Below, one piece after another: positions 37,969 through 47,167 of a stretch of DNA of 64,000 nt (positions within the stretch are counted from its first letter, which is position 1; every line of letters starts with the position of its first letter). Below the pieces are notes generated by a model. It made no database searches and was not told the origin of the DNA. It saw only the letters and a list, made by a program, of their open reading frames with translations. The stretch lies in IMG/VR virus record IMGVR_UViG_3300042307_000844. The stretch is one strand, 5' to 3'. The DNA comes from a virus. Lineage: Duplodnaviria; Caudoviricetes. Position numbers and translations under genes: made by a program.

Positions 37969-38385
37969 ATGGCTAATAAATTCCACGCTAAATTCCTCAA
38001 AATTCTCCAAGAAGCTCCCCAACTTGACATTGATCCTGATTTGGAGAGAGGTGCTGCTGAGATGTCCCTAGACGATGATGTTGCCATGGATGATTATGAT
38101 GTGGACATGGAAGTTGATCCATCCGCTGTGGATGAGATTGGGGATGCCATGGCTCGCCAGAATGAGCAAATGGTTGGTGTTGTTGATAAATGGAATTCAA
38201 ATATTGATAAGTTCCTTGGTTATCTCAATGGTGATCAGCCAAACAGTATTCAGAGTGTTCTGGCTACCGCCAATCCTGAGTCGATGTTGGGTAATTTGAA
38301 GAACCAACAAGTGAAAATTGGTCGCATTGCTTCCGATCTTGCTGCCCTTCAACAGTCGTTTATGACTGCGAAGAAGTCTCAGTGA
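37969..38385 (+). CDS. Acidic hypothetical protein, probable head-internal
   Basis: MANKFHAKFLKILQE; CTAAATA 5 nt upstream. Confidence 0.65.
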   Translation: MANKFHAKFLKILQEAPQLDIDPDLERGAAEMSLDDDVAMDDYDVDMEVDPSAVDEIGDAMARQNEQMVGVVDKWNSNIDKFLGYLNGDQPNSIQSVLATANPESMLGNLKNQQVKIGRIASDLAALQQSFMTAKKSQ

Positions 38386-39417
38386 TTATTTGATTAATTT
38401 CATTTTTACCGTAGCTGCCAAACCCTTGCAGCTATTTTTCACGATTAAATCCGTGGGATATTCATCCATGCCATAAGCCATACACACAGCATTCAGGTCT
38501 TTGAACTTTTTTCCATCATATTCTGGCCAGATGAAGACCTTTTCTCCCATATCAATCAGCTTTAGGGTCTTCTCCCGTGCTGTTTTATCGATCCACTGGC
38601 TATCCAATACCCAAATCCTCTCAAAGAACTTCAAACCATCCATCTGTTCCTGTTGATACGATGTGAAAAGCTGATCACCCTTGGTAATACCCCCAATACC
38701 AAGCCCATTGTTCACAAAACAAGCATCCAGTGGTCCTTCTATGATGAATACCTTATCCAAATCGGATGATATGCGCTCAATTCCAAACACACTCTTATCT
38801 CCCCCATCTTTTGATAGGTAAGAAGGGGATTCGTCATCCACCAATCGTCGGCTCTGGTAATAAACAATCTTCCCGTTCTCATCCTTGAAAGGTATCACCA
38901 GACGCTTATCATGCTTTTCATCCTTCAAAGAGATGTAGAAGGCATCTGGACGGTTCACAGCGGTATCCAATCGCCTTTCCTTGATGTAAGCCAGAGCTTT
39001 TTGGACGATCTTGTTATTCTTGTAGTAATCGGTCTGATTCTTATCAAATAGATTGATACTATCCATCGGTAAGGATGCTGATTTGGGTTTTTCCTGTTTT
39101 TCTTCCATATCCATGACATTAATCATCCCATAATTACCTTTCTCAATCTCATCCACCATCTGATTGAAGGACAATCCCGACACTTCCTTGATCCATTTGT
39201 AAGGCTTGGATGACCAGCCGCAATTGTGGCAAAATATGTTGTCATTTTCGGGAATGTAGAAGCATCGTTTCTTTGATCCCCAACTTTTACCTTCCCGGCA
39301 TATGGGACAACAGCAATTATAATTACCATTATGGCTGTTAAAAGAAACTTTATATCCATATTCGTAAAATTTGGACACCACATAATCAGTGGGAAACTCA
39401 ATGATCCTCTTTTGCAA
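38386..39417 (-). CDS. gp61: DNA primase (T4 gp61-like); start uncertain (TTG 39417 or nearby)
   Basis: Zn finger CPIC...CHNC; RLVIPFKD...YYQSR; TOPRIM IIEGPLDA; KDLN. Confidence 0.92.
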   Translation of the reverse strand: MQKRIIEFPTDYVVSKFYEYGYKVSFNSHNGNYNCCCPICREGKSWGSKKRCFYIPENDNIFCHNCGWSSKPYKWIKEVSGLSFNQMVDEIEKGNYGMINVMDMEEKQEKPKSASLPMDSINLFDKNQTDYYKNNKIVQKALAYIKERRLDTAVNRPDAFYISLKDEKHDKRLVIPFKDENGKIVYYQSRRLVDDESPSYLSKDGGDKSVFGIERISSDLDKVFIIEGPLDACFVNNGLGIGGITKGDQLFTSYQQEQMDGLKFFERIWVLDSQWIDKTAREKTLKLIDMGEKVFIWPEYDGKKFKDLNAVCMAYGMDEYPTDLIVKNSCKGLAATVKMKLIK

Positions 39418-39667
39418 GGACTTCGTATTGGGCTTGGACAACGCGGCGGATATTTTTTGGGAGATGTTCAACGAATTCAATAATCTCATGTTCTTTGGCA
39501 AAGTCAAATTTGTCTTCCGGGACTCTTTGGATTTTTATATCTGGAACAGAGAGAAACACATAATCATCCCCATCTTTTTTAATAAAATTGAATAATTGTC
39601 CAACGAAATCCCCCGTTTGAACGGCATAAACATCACCTTTCTTAATTTTTGGTTTTTTAAAAAACAT
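39398..39667 (-). CDS. Hypothetical protein
   Basis: 89-aa ORF. Confidence 0.6.
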   Translation of the reverse strand: MFFKKPKIKKGDVYAVQTGDFVGQLFNFIKKDGDDYVFLSVPDIKIQRVPEDKFDFAKEHEIIEFVEHLPKNIRRVVQAQYEVLAKEDH

Positions 39668-39670
39668 TAT

Positions 39671-39985
39671 TCAAAAATCGTCTGCAAGATTCATCCTACC
39701 AGCCATGAACTCTCCAAATTTCTGGATGAATAGGTTTTGCATGGCATTATCCTCCATCTTATTGGCGTGAAATGCGATTTCCACAACATTTCCATCCAGA
39801 TCATATCCGAGGAGCTTACCACATACTAAAAATTCCTTCAAAATAGCCTTTAGAGCATCGTTTGTCAGTGGATGAGAACCTTTCTTACGCTCGTTCCTAA
39901 GCTTCTTTTTCAGGGATTCCCGAAGAACTTCCAATACCTGCTCATCCACGAAGATTTCCTCCGGTTCTTCATCATTCTTGGCCAT
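39671..39985 (-). CDS. Hypothetical protein
   Basis: Start moved to MAKNDEE, 5 nt after ATAAGTA. Confidence 0.6.
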   Translation of the reverse strand: MAKNDEEPEEIFVDEQVLEVLRESLKKKLRNERKKGSHPLTNDALKAILKEFLVCGKLLGYDLDGNVVEIAFHANKMEDNAMQNLFIQKFGEFMAGRMNLADDF

Positions 39986-40319
39986 ATTCATACTTATCCT
40001 TGACATAAACAGAATTAACATTCATCTGCCTCACTCCTTTTTCAATCAGAGTAGTGACAACAATTTCCATACTCTGAGTTTTAAGGTTGAAATTCTTGAT
40101 AAAACGATTACCCCCGTCATTAAACTCAAACATCACATCCCCCAGAGCTTCCTTGTTCTGATAACAGGTAATAATAACCGAAGTATTGCTAGGATCAACC
40201 ATGATCGACCATTTGCGGGGATCGTGTTGGGCATACTTATCAAACAGCTTAATGGTTGCAAACCCCGAATCCCTGAGTCTCTTGATGAAATACCCCTGTG
40301 TGCTAACGTTGTTCTTCAT
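39972..40319 (-). CDS. Hypothetical protein
   Basis: Start moved to MKNNVST, 5 nt after TTAAGTA. Confidence 0.6.
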   Translation of the reverse strand: MKNNVSTQGYFIKRLRDSGFATIKLFDKYAQHDPRKWSIMVDPSNTSVIITCYQNKEALGDVMFEFNDGGNRFIKNFNLKTQSMEIVVTTLIEKGVRQMNVNSVYVKDKYEYGQE

Positions 40320-40348
40320 GTTAATACTTAACGAATATTTTGGATAAC

Positions 40349-40753
40349 TCAAGCAAGATATTCTTTCATAATGTCACGAATAATCCGTCTTCCTTCCTCA
40401 TTTGCAGAGTGAACATAGACCTTGATGTTATCATTTGGAGACAATTTATCCTTCAGATACTTGGCACAGTGAATACCAGACTTTGTTTGGAAATTCTCCC
40501 ATTCATAATAACCGGGATTCTTGAGAAAATTGATATAATATTTCATGTGTTCCAAGCACAAATCATTGTCAAATGAACAAATGGATGGAAACCCTCGTTC
40601 CTCAATAATCTTCACGAAATCGTTATAATTTCTAACAATTTCCCAATTTCCATTGGATGTTTTGGTCTTATCCAACAGCATCACACCCCCGTCATTATAT
40701 AGAAATGCATCTTTGGGTTGGCGCACATCATCAAGAAATAATAAATAAGACAT
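40349..40753 (-). CDS. Cyclic-phosphate-processing receiver-domain-like protein
   Basis: LLFLDDVRQP...WEIVRNYNDF...SFDNDL...SGIHCAKYL...VHSAN. Confidence 0.7.
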   Translation of the reverse strand: MSYLLFLDDVRQPKDAFLYNDGGVMLLDKTKTSNGNWEIVRNYNDFVKIIEERGFPSICSFDNDLCLEHMKYYINFLKNPGYYEWENFQTKSGIHCAKYLKDKLSPNDNIKVYVHSANEEGRRIIRDIMKEYLA

Positions 40754-41568
40754 TATTCAACACCCTCACTAAATTTTTGTTTATCTCTAAATTCAGCCAC
40801 CGATGGGTATCCACCATCAATAACTTTCAATTCCTCTGGATTAATTCCTCGAAATTCCCATACTACCTTCTTTTCAAAGGGGGATATTTTGAAATTGGAA
40901 TGCGCCCTCATCAGAATATCAACGATATCTTCATGTGATAATTCGGGATATATTTTGCTTTTTAATTCTTTGATCTCCCCCGATGGCGTGTCCCTAAAAG
41001 TATCACCGTAATGAGAAAATTGTTTGGAATCTATGGCAACCCAAAAAATATCATCACCCGCAAAACAATTCTTAATACTTTTCAATATATTATTATCAAT
41101 ATTTTTAGTATCACACCAAAAAGCAATCAGAGAGACATTCTTACCAGCAGATTTGGATTTAATATTTTTCCAGATTCTTCCAGAAAATGTGTTGCGTCGA
41201 GTATTGCCCATGATCTGATCCTTTTGATTATCATAATAATAGTCAAGATCATCAGAAGTCGCTTCACCACAAACCTTAACAGAGTAATCTTTTAAAATAC
41301 TCTTAAATTGTTTAGGGTCTGCTTTGACTTTAGCTAAAGCATTGAAAATAGATGGGTGTGTATTGGAAGTATGAAAGAGTGTCTTTCCTATGAAAGAAAA
41401 AGCTTCTCCCGATTCATATGAATAGGAGTCCCCATCAAAATTAATCTGATCAGGACTAGAATTTTTGGAAGGAATCTTAACGTTTTCCATTAAAATTACA
41501 CCTCTTGCTGTAGCTCGCTCCTCAATTATCTTTTGGTAAAGCTCTCGTATGTTCAAATCATCCTTCAT
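40753..41568 (-). CDS. Hypothetical protein, probable head-internal
   Basis: Probable start MKDDLNIRELYQKIIEE. Confidence 0.6.
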   Translation of the reverse strand: MKDDLNIRELYQKIIEERATARGVILMENVKIPSKNSSPDQINFDGDSYSYESGEAFSFIGKTLFHTSNTHPSIFNALAKVKADPKQFKSILKDYSVKVCGEATSDDLDYYYDNQKDQIMGNTRRNTFSGRIWKNIKSKSAGKNVSLIAFWCDTKNIDNNILKSIKNCFAGDDIFWVAIDSKQFSHYGDTFRDTPSGEIKELKSKIYPELSHEDIVDILMRAHSNFKISPFEKKVVWEFRGINPEELKVIDGGYPSVAEFRDKQKFSEGVE

Positions 41569-41863
41569 TGTTCCAAATTTCCTCCCATTTTTTAAATTTT
41601 TCAATCAATATATCCAAATTTTTAGATTCATACCTACAATCAACTGAAGTTGTATAGTAATGAATGTTCCTATTCAATTCCTTATAACCACCATAATTCA
41701 ACACATCTTCCCCGTCAGAATGCTCAACTTTTAACACGAATGTATCATACATCCCATTGTCATCAACGTCAATAGACATGAATTTGTCTTTTATTGGATA
41801 AAAACGAACATTCTCGTATTTGGAAGCATTTTCTTTGTATTCTTCTGGATAAAATATAATCAT
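41558..41863 (-). CDS. Hypothetical protein
   Basis: 101-aa ORF, 6 nt after TTAAAAACTAGAGTATAAT. Confidence 0.6.
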   Translation of the reverse strand: MIIFYPEEYKENASKYENVRFYPIKDKFMSIDVDDNGMYDTFVLKVEHSDGEDVLNYGGYKELNRNIHYYTTSVDCRYESKNLDILIEKFKKWEEIWNNEG

Positions 41864-41869
41864 GATAGC

Positions 41870-41888
41870 ATTATACTCTAGTTTTTAA
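41870..41888 (-). promoter_or_regulatory. Conserved 19-bp box, copy 3
   Basis: TTAAAAACTAGAGTATAAT-N6-ATG. Confidence 0.65.
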
Positions 41889-42477
41889 CCATAAAAATCA
41901 CCACCGTAGGATTTGTGGGATCAACGTTTCCGTTATCATCCACAAAATATGAAATACCGTTTTTCACCGGATATTCTCCCTCCATATTCAGCGTTCGATC
42001 AATCACGAAACCATTTCTACTGTAAAGCCTGAACAAACCTTCATCCTTGATGTTGCCTTTATCGTCTTGGGTTGCAAAACAGTCCAATCTTGTGGCTCCC
42101 TGTTTGATAGCCTCCTGCACCAGAGCATTACCCGAAGATTCCTGCGAGGAGAACACCGAAACCAATTCATCTTCATCCTTGATACAAAATCCACTGGAAT
42201 TGTTCTTACCCAAGAAACACTTCATGCGCTGGTAATCTTGAACGGGATAAACACTGAGATTATTCTTGATGTTCTTAAAAAATTTGGGATTTACCGTTTT
42301 GCGAAATTCATCATTCTTCGTGATATTTGTCAGGGCTTGGAAAAATACCCTACCGCTCACCTGTTGAAAATTATCAGGATTGTTTGGATCAAGTCTTTGA
42401 CCCTTTCTTAATTGTTCGGGAGATAATTTGCCAATATCGGTGAATTTTTCCCAAAAAAATTGATAAAACGATTTCAT
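41878..42477 (-). CDS. GNAT-like protein with head-protein-type N-terminus
   Basis: MKSFYQFFWE; ELVSVFS...GNALVQEAIKQGATRLDCF...LFRLYSRNGF; TTAAATA 5 nt upstream. Confidence 0.55.
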   Translation of the reverse strand: MKSFYQFFWEKFTDIGKLSPEQLRKGQRLDPNNPDNFQQVSGRVFFQALTNITKNDEFRKTVNPKFFKNIKNNLSVYPVQDYQRMKCFLGKNNSSGFCIKDEDELVSVFSSQESSGNALVQEAIKQGATRLDCFATQDDKGNIKDEGLFRLYSRNGFVIDRTLNMEGEYPVKNGISYFVDDNGNVDPTNPTVVIFMVKN

Positions 42478-42481
42478 TCAA

Positions 42482-42739
42482 TTATTTAACTGATATATCG
42501 GCAATTACTGTTGAATGATTCAAACGATTATTAAAATCCGACCATTTAATGGGAGTATCCATCGTCACTCCATCGTCCCATGCCCAGCCATTGGGATTCA
42601 CAATACGAATAACCTCTGGCGTTTCCTTGAGCCATTCGTGGGCGGTCTTCTTGGCGAAGATACGCTCCCACCCTTCATCATAAGCTTTGTTCTGGATACC
42701 AGACTTTATAACTTTTCCCGTCACATCATTGATCGCCAT
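42482..42739 (-). CDS. Conserved small T4-like phage protein
   Basis: NDVTGKVIKS...AYDEGWERIF. Confidence 0.6.
   Translation of the reverse strand: MAINDVTGKVIKSGIQNKAYDEGWERIFAKKTAHEWLKETPEVIRIVNPNGWAWDDGVTMDTPIKWSDFNNRLNHSTVIADISVK
42483..42489 (-). promoter_or_regulatory. Late promoter box for the GNAT-like gene
   Basis: TTAAATA-ATTGA-ATG. Confidence 0.65.
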
Positions 42740-42968
42740 AGATACCCCTTTCTACCATTTTACCATATTCGGAAGAGTCACAAGGATAACTATTGAAACA
42801 ATGATCCCATAGCCAAGGTTCTTGTTCTTCTGATGGCTCAATTTCATCAATCAACTTGTCATATAGATCATTCTGCTGCTGTTGAAGCTGTTCGATAACC
42901 GCTCGCGTTCCTTCAATCTTGCTCCGGTGCTGTTCCATACCATCTGTCGTATTTTGTTCTGTATTCAT
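42726..42968 (-). CDS. Hypothetical protein
   Basis: 80-aa ORF. Confidence 0.55.
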   Translation of the reverse strand: MNTEQNTTDGMEQHRSKIEGTRAVIEQLQQQQNDLYDKLIDEIEPSEEQEPWLWDHCFNSYPCDSSEYGKMVERGIYGDQ

Positions 42969-43599
42969 TTATTTTATTTTGTATTTCTTTTAAATCCGTG
43001 TAATAATCCTCAATTTGAGGAATCACATAATTCCTTCGGGTGATCTCATCAATCCCATCAATCAGCATTTCTTTGGCGTTTGGGTTTTCCAAACGATTCT
43101 TCCTAAGCCTGTCATTGATTTCCTTGCGGTTTTGTTCGACTTCTTCCAAATACGCTTTCAATTCATCATCCGTTCTCTTGTAAGGAATGTCGTGCTTTAC
43201 CAAAGTAATATCACTCAATTCACCATCAATGAATTTAACATCCCATTCAATCCATCCACAGATAAATCTATGAGCATCAGGAGTGCCATACTGCATACCC
43301 TTATCTTCAGGATGACGATAAGATTCGTAAATACCAACCGTTCCGGTGAAGTCATATGGCTCCCACCATTCTTTTTCAACTACGAATTCCATACCAAAGA
43401 ACGGAATGTTGGGATTTTCAAAATGATGTCCTGTTTGTCTGAGGATTTCCAACTTCTTTTCAGAATTTACCCTGAAATTCAGCATCAGATTTTCATCCAA
43501 ATCCTTGGTTTGGAACACCAAAGTCTTCCGATCAATCTCTGAAGGAAGATCGGGTAGAGTGATGCTCTCGTCTATTGTGAGGTTGTTAAACATTCCCAT
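42913..43599 (-). CDS. Conserved phage hypothetical protein
   Basis: MGMF...FQTKDL; 6 nt after TTAAAAACTAGAATATAAT. Confidence 0.65.
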   Translation of the reverse strand: MGMFNNLTIDESITLPDLPSEIDRKTLVFQTKDLDENLMLNFRVNSEKKLEILRQTGHHFENPNIPFFGMEFVVEKEWWEPYDFTGTVGIYESYRHPEDKGMQYGTPDAHRFICGWIEWDVKFIDGELSDITLVKHDIPYKRTDDELKAYLEEVEQNRKEINDRLRKNRLENPNAKEMLIDGIDEITRRNYVIPQIEDYYTDLKEIQNKINEYRTKYDRWYGTAPEQD

Positions 43600-43605
43600 A
43601 ATTTT

Positions 43606-43624
43606 ATTATATTCTAGTTTTTAA
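43606..43624 (-). promoter_or_regulatory. Conserved 19-bp box, copy 4
   Basis: TTAAAAACTAGAATATAAT-N6-ATG. Confidence 0.65.
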
Positions 43625-44321
43625 GCGATGATAAGATGTATTCCATCTCAAAATCCCCACTCTTCGTGATGATGCAACCAACTCCCAGCTTGGAATTGAT
43701 CTTGAACACATTTCCGTTCTTGGATACCTTGGAAAGCAATTTGAGATTATCAATCTTCAGAATGAATGATTCCAATTCAAAATCCACTTCATCCCCCACG
43801 ATGCTCAGAGTGTCACTGTTGGGAACCGTCTCATCGCCCAGCTTCCACACCAGAGAATCATTCTCAGTGAAGAGGTAAAGCTTATTGGTGTTTGTGATGG
43901 ATGATTTCTGAAGAACATTGGAAAGGAATTCAAAATCCAAATCAAATTGGAGATTGTATTCAAAATTACGAATCTTTTCCAGAGACAGCTTCGGTTTGGT
44001 GATCACTCCATCTTCGTGGAGATGATACTTGAACTTCAGGGACTTGTCCTTGTATTCCAGATGATTGTTATTCAGCTTGAGCTTGATATCATCGGAAGAA
44101 ATCATATCCAAAGCTTTGGAAAGCTTCTTCAAGGATGGTAGATTGAGATTCTGATCCTCATAATCACCTGCAAGGTAAGCATGGGCATACATGGAATTAT
44201 CCTCGCTGGAGGCAATCCCATGAATACCATCTTCCCTCAGTTCCAGAACACAGGTGTCATGGATTGTGCCGAGGCTTTGTAGCAAGAACTGGAACTCTTT
44301 CTTTTTCAGGCTTAATTGCAT
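43614..44321 (-). CDS. gp45: Sliding clamp (T4 gp45 / PCNA-like)
   Basis: 235 aa, two-domain clamp-like pattern (LELREDGIHGIASS...LNLPSLKKLSKALDM...FKYHL...MEYILS); next to gp32. Confidence 0.7.
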   Translation of the reverse strand: MQLSLKKKEFQFLLQSLGTIHDTCVLELREDGIHGIASSEDNSMYAHAYLAGDYEDQNLNLPSLKKLSKALDMISSDDIKLKLNNNHLEYKDKSLKFKYHLHEDGVITKPKLSLEKIRNFEYNLQFDLDFEFLSNVLQKSSITNTNKLYLFTENDSLVWKLGDETVPNSDTLSIVGDEVDFELESFILKIDNLKLLSKVSKNGNVFKINSKLGVGCIITKSGDFEMEYILSSLKN

Positions 44322-44733
44322 ATTGCTTTTCTATCAGACTATTTTGCTTTGTCAACTTTAAAGAAATCTCTTTCAGTAAATTGATGATGATATCTGCCTT
44401 GGATGGTTCCAAATTCAGTTCCAATTGCCCGTCATCCACTTTTTGGGGCATGGGAGCATATTGGGGAACTTGTGGAATGGGTTGAGGGGGATAATATGGC
44501 AGTGGAATATTGGTTGCCGCAACATCACCATAATGATGTGTTGGAACGGATTGTTGGGGTGGTTGAATGCGCTCTCGCTTCTGTTGCTCTTGATATTCTG
44601 CGATACCTCTCTTGAGAGTGTTGGTATTGGTAGCCAACTGTGCAGGATTATTGATCATCAACGAATCAATGGCAGCACTCTCCCCAAGTAGAGCAGCCAT
44701 CGTTTTATATTCTTCTGGTATGTTCGGATTCAT
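44257..44733 (-). CDS. Hypothetical protein (Pro/Gln-rich linker, DDGQLELNL)
   Basis: 158-aa ORF between gp32 and gp45. Confidence 0.6.
   Translation of the reverse strand: MNPNIPEEYKTMAALLGESAAIDSLMINNPAQLATNTNTLKRGIAEYQEQQKRERIQPPQQSVPTHHYGDVAATNIPLPYYPPQPIPQVPQYAPMPQKVDDGQLELNLEPSKADIIINLLKEISLKLTKQNSLIEKQYAIKPEKERVPVLATKPRHNP
44328..44355 (-). promoter_or_regulatory. Sigma70-like promoter for gp45
   Basis: TTGACA-N16-TAGAAA-N6-ATG. Confidence 0.5.
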
Positions 44734-44738
44734 ATATT

Positions 44739-44776
44739 TAAAAAGGAAACCCTCCCCACCGACTTGATGGGGAGGG
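44739..44776 (-). terminator. Rho-independent terminator after gp32
   Basis: Stem ccctcccca / tggggaggg, then TTTCCTTTTT on the minus strand. Confidence 0.75.
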
Positions 44777-44783
44777 AATCGGG

Positions 44784-45692
44784 TTAATCGTCTAGTCCTG
44801 CAAGAAGTTCGTCAATATCGTCGTCCTCCTGCTTCTCAACTTTCTTTGGTTTTGCCGCTGGTTTCTTTTCCTCATGTTTCATGGGAATTTCATCCTTGTC
44901 CTCGTCTTCAACCGCTTCTTTCTTGGCTTGTTTCAGAGTCTTGCGCTCTTCCTTTTCTTCGCCAACGAAGAAGTGTTCGTTAAGGACTTCCTGAAGCTCA
45001 TCATAGGTCTTCACGGAATACACAGCTTCCAGATCATGGATTTCCGAACAAATCTTTTCAATCTCTTCCTCATCCAGAACAGTCTTAGATTTGGTTGTGA
45101 TAAAGGAAGATTCAAAGGTTGTGTAGTCCCCTTTCTTCTCTGCCACGATCTTGAAATCATGTCCCTTGGTAGGGTCGAAGATGTCCCAACCAAGTTCATC
45201 GGAACGCTCCCCTTCGGTTGCATCATCAATGATCTTCTTGAGTTGTGGTCCCATGCGAAGAATCTTCACCGTGCCATTGTTCTCTGGCTTTGCGGGATCG
45301 TTGATCACATAGACATTCACAAGCCATTGCTCCTTTTGGGAGATGTCCGCACTGTATTCCCTGTTCTCAGCCTTTGGATTTGCTTCTTTCCAGCTTTTGA
45401 AAAGTTTCCAACGAAGCTCCGCAATTGGATCACGATCTCCCATGGTTTGAAGTCCAAGGAAGCTTGTGTATTTACCACTCGCCTTGCTGGTGAATCCATG
45501 CACCCAATGATGAAACAGACTCTTCTCAGGGTCTTCCACGTTGGGAATCAACCTAAGCGTGTAGGTGTGTCCTGCTGGGAAGCTCATGATATTGGAGAAT
45601 TGACCCCCCGATGAATCGTTGTTCTTGTTTAATGCCGCTTTGATCGAATCGAACATAGCTGCGCCGAATTTTGTTTTTTGTTTTGTTGCCAT
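44784..45692 (-). CDS. gp32: Single-stranded DNA-binding protein (T4 gp32-like)
   Basis: YTLRLIP...HGF...DPIAE...WLVNVYVINDPAKPENNGTVKILRMG...FDPTKGHDFKI; acidic tail DDDIDELLAGLDD. Confidence 0.92.
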   Translation of the reverse strand: MATKQKTKFGAAMFDSIKAALNKNNDSSGGQFSNIMSFPAGHTYTLRLIPNVEDPEKSLFHHWVHGFTSKASGKYTSFLGLQTMGDRDPIAELRWKLFKSWKEANPKAENREYSADISQKEQWLVNVYVINDPAKPENNGTVKILRMGPQLKKIIDDATEGERSDELGWDIFDPTKGHDFKIVAEKKGDYTTFESSFITTKSKTVLDEEEIEKICSEIHDLEAVYSVKTYDELQEVLNEHFFVGEEKEERKTLKQAKKEAVEDEDKDEIPMKHEEKKPAAKPKKVEKQEDDDIDELLAGLDD

Positions 45693-45696
45693 TGTT

Positions 45697-46326
45697 TTAT
45701 TTTATTTGTTCTTTTATTTTTGTTATTGCTTTGTGAGAGAATTCCTTCATTTTCTTGCTCAGATGAAATTTGTTTTTCGTCTTTTGAAAAGTGATCCAAA
45801 AATCTGAGAATATGAAATCCAGAATCCGATTCTCCACCTCGATTTTTGAGACACCCAAAGAATGCAAAGCATACATATTAATGTGATGGTTCTTTAGATG
45901 GTCAATCATGTTTGGTAGTGACTCTTCTGTATATAAGGGATATTGTTCCAAAGTCAACCCTTTTTCTTTACAAAAGTTCTTAATAAATTTGAGACTATCA
46001 ACCAATCTCTTGAGAGAACTTTCAGAATCAGGATCATCCATCTCAATCTTCTTCATATACTGTGAATATGCCTTTTTAGCTTTGGAAGTCAAGAAGAATT
46101 CCAGATCAAAATAATCATCATCCTCGAAAATCCTATAAGGAGCAGAGAAGTAATCATCAATTTTAATATTATTATAACTGTTGAAGAACCTTTCCAGAGA
46201 AGCAAGGTGATCCAATTTGGATTGATCCATATCGGAGAAGTCCTTACGAATCCGAAATGGTTTGTCGCGCATCTTACGAGAAATCGCCAGATGGGAGTTA
46301 TATATTCTTTTTTGGAAATCAGTCAT
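45697..46326 (-). CDS. Hypothetical protein, possibly gp59-like helicase loader
   Basis: 209 aa directly upstream of gp32, as gene 59 is in T4; sequence similarity not verifiable by eye. Confidence 0.4.
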   Translation of the reverse strand: MTDFQKRIYNSHLAISRKMRDKPFRIRKDFSDMDQSKLDHLASLERFFNSYNNIKIDDYFSAPYRIFEDDDYFDLEFFLTSKAKKAYSQYMKKIEMDDPDSESSLKRLVDSLKFIKNFCKEKGLTLEQYPLYTEESLPNMIDHLKNHHINMYALHSLGVSKIEVENRILDFIFSDFWITFQKTKNKFHLSKKMKEFSHKAITKIKEQIK

Positions 46327-46639
46327 ACCATTTATTGGTTTTAACGTCGAATGATTTCAACTTTCTCCGTATTCTCCAAGTCTTCATCGATTTGGATTCT
46401 TTTTTAGGTTTTGATAAAAATTCTTTCAAATCTTTCTGGAGAACGAACTTATCATAAAATTCATCCCACGTTTTCTTAGAAGCATTTTTCCTTGGTATTC
46501 TAGCGGTGGCGGAAATCATAACCTTCTCCCCAACACAGCCTTCTTCATGTGGTGTTCTCCAACCAAAACATTTACATGTTGGGCAATAATAATTGCGATG
46601 GGAATGTTGTGAACCGGAATCTCCTAAATTAAGTTTCAT
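46319..46639 (-). CDS. Small Zn-finger protein
   Basis: YYCPTCKCFGW...C; start moved to MKLNLG. Confidence 0.55.
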   Translation of the reverse strand: MKLNLGDSGSQHSHRNYYCPTCKCFGWRTPHEEGCVGEKVMISATARIPRKNASKKTWDEFYDKFVLQKDLKEFLSKPKKESKSMKTWRIRRKLKSFDVKTNKWYD

Positions 46640-46640
46640 A

Positions 46641-46871
46641 TCAATCCATAATTGCCACAAATGCTGCATGAATGGTTACAGCCCCATCGTCATCCCTACC
46701 TTGATAAGTCACTGCTCCAATATGTCGTAAAAAAACATCACGGGCTAAAAGTCTATTAATTTGATCCTCATAACTTTTCCCAAGTTGCCACGAATCAAAA
46801 TGAGGTAGAGATTCAATGTAATCATACACTTCTCTCACTCCTCCACTAATTAAATCGTATTTTTGTATCAT
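46641..46871 (-). CDS. Hypothetical protein
   Basis: 76-aa coupled ORF. Confidence 0.55.
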   Translation of the reverse strand: MIQKYDLISGGVREVYDYIESLPHFDSWQLGKSYEDQINRLLARDVFLRHIGAVTYQGRDDDGAVTIHAAFVAIMD

Positions 46872-47167
46872 CGTCTGTTCTTCTCTTGATTCTCTCTGAT
46901 CTTCCTAGCTCTTTCCAATGCCCTCTCAGCAGCCCGTTCGTATTGTTCAGCAGTGGGGAATCCCGCGATCATACCAATACCCACATCTTCATATTCTGTT
47001 AATTCGCGGATGATTTTTCCATCAGACCTAACCATTCTCAGATGTGGTCGTGGTAAATCGTGTTTTCTCCCATCCATATAACCGTCACAATACGATTTGA
47101 TTTGATATTTGATGAAAGAGTTCCATTTGTTTAGACATGGACTTTGGATGCTATAGGTGTATTTCAT
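46868..47167 (-). CDS. Hypothetical protein
   Basis: 99-aa coupled ORF. Confidence 0.6.
   Translation of the reverse strand: MKYTYSIQSPCLNKWNSFIKYQIKSYCDGYMDGRKHDLPRPHLRMVRSDGKIIRELTEYEDVGIGMIAGFPTAEQYERAAERALERARKIRENQEKNRR

Noticed and set aside
43643-43652. 10-nt match (TTTGAGATGG) between the putative TnpB guide and the gp45 gene
   Set aside because: Only 10 nt, with mismatches on both sides; expected by chance in a 64-kb AT-rich window
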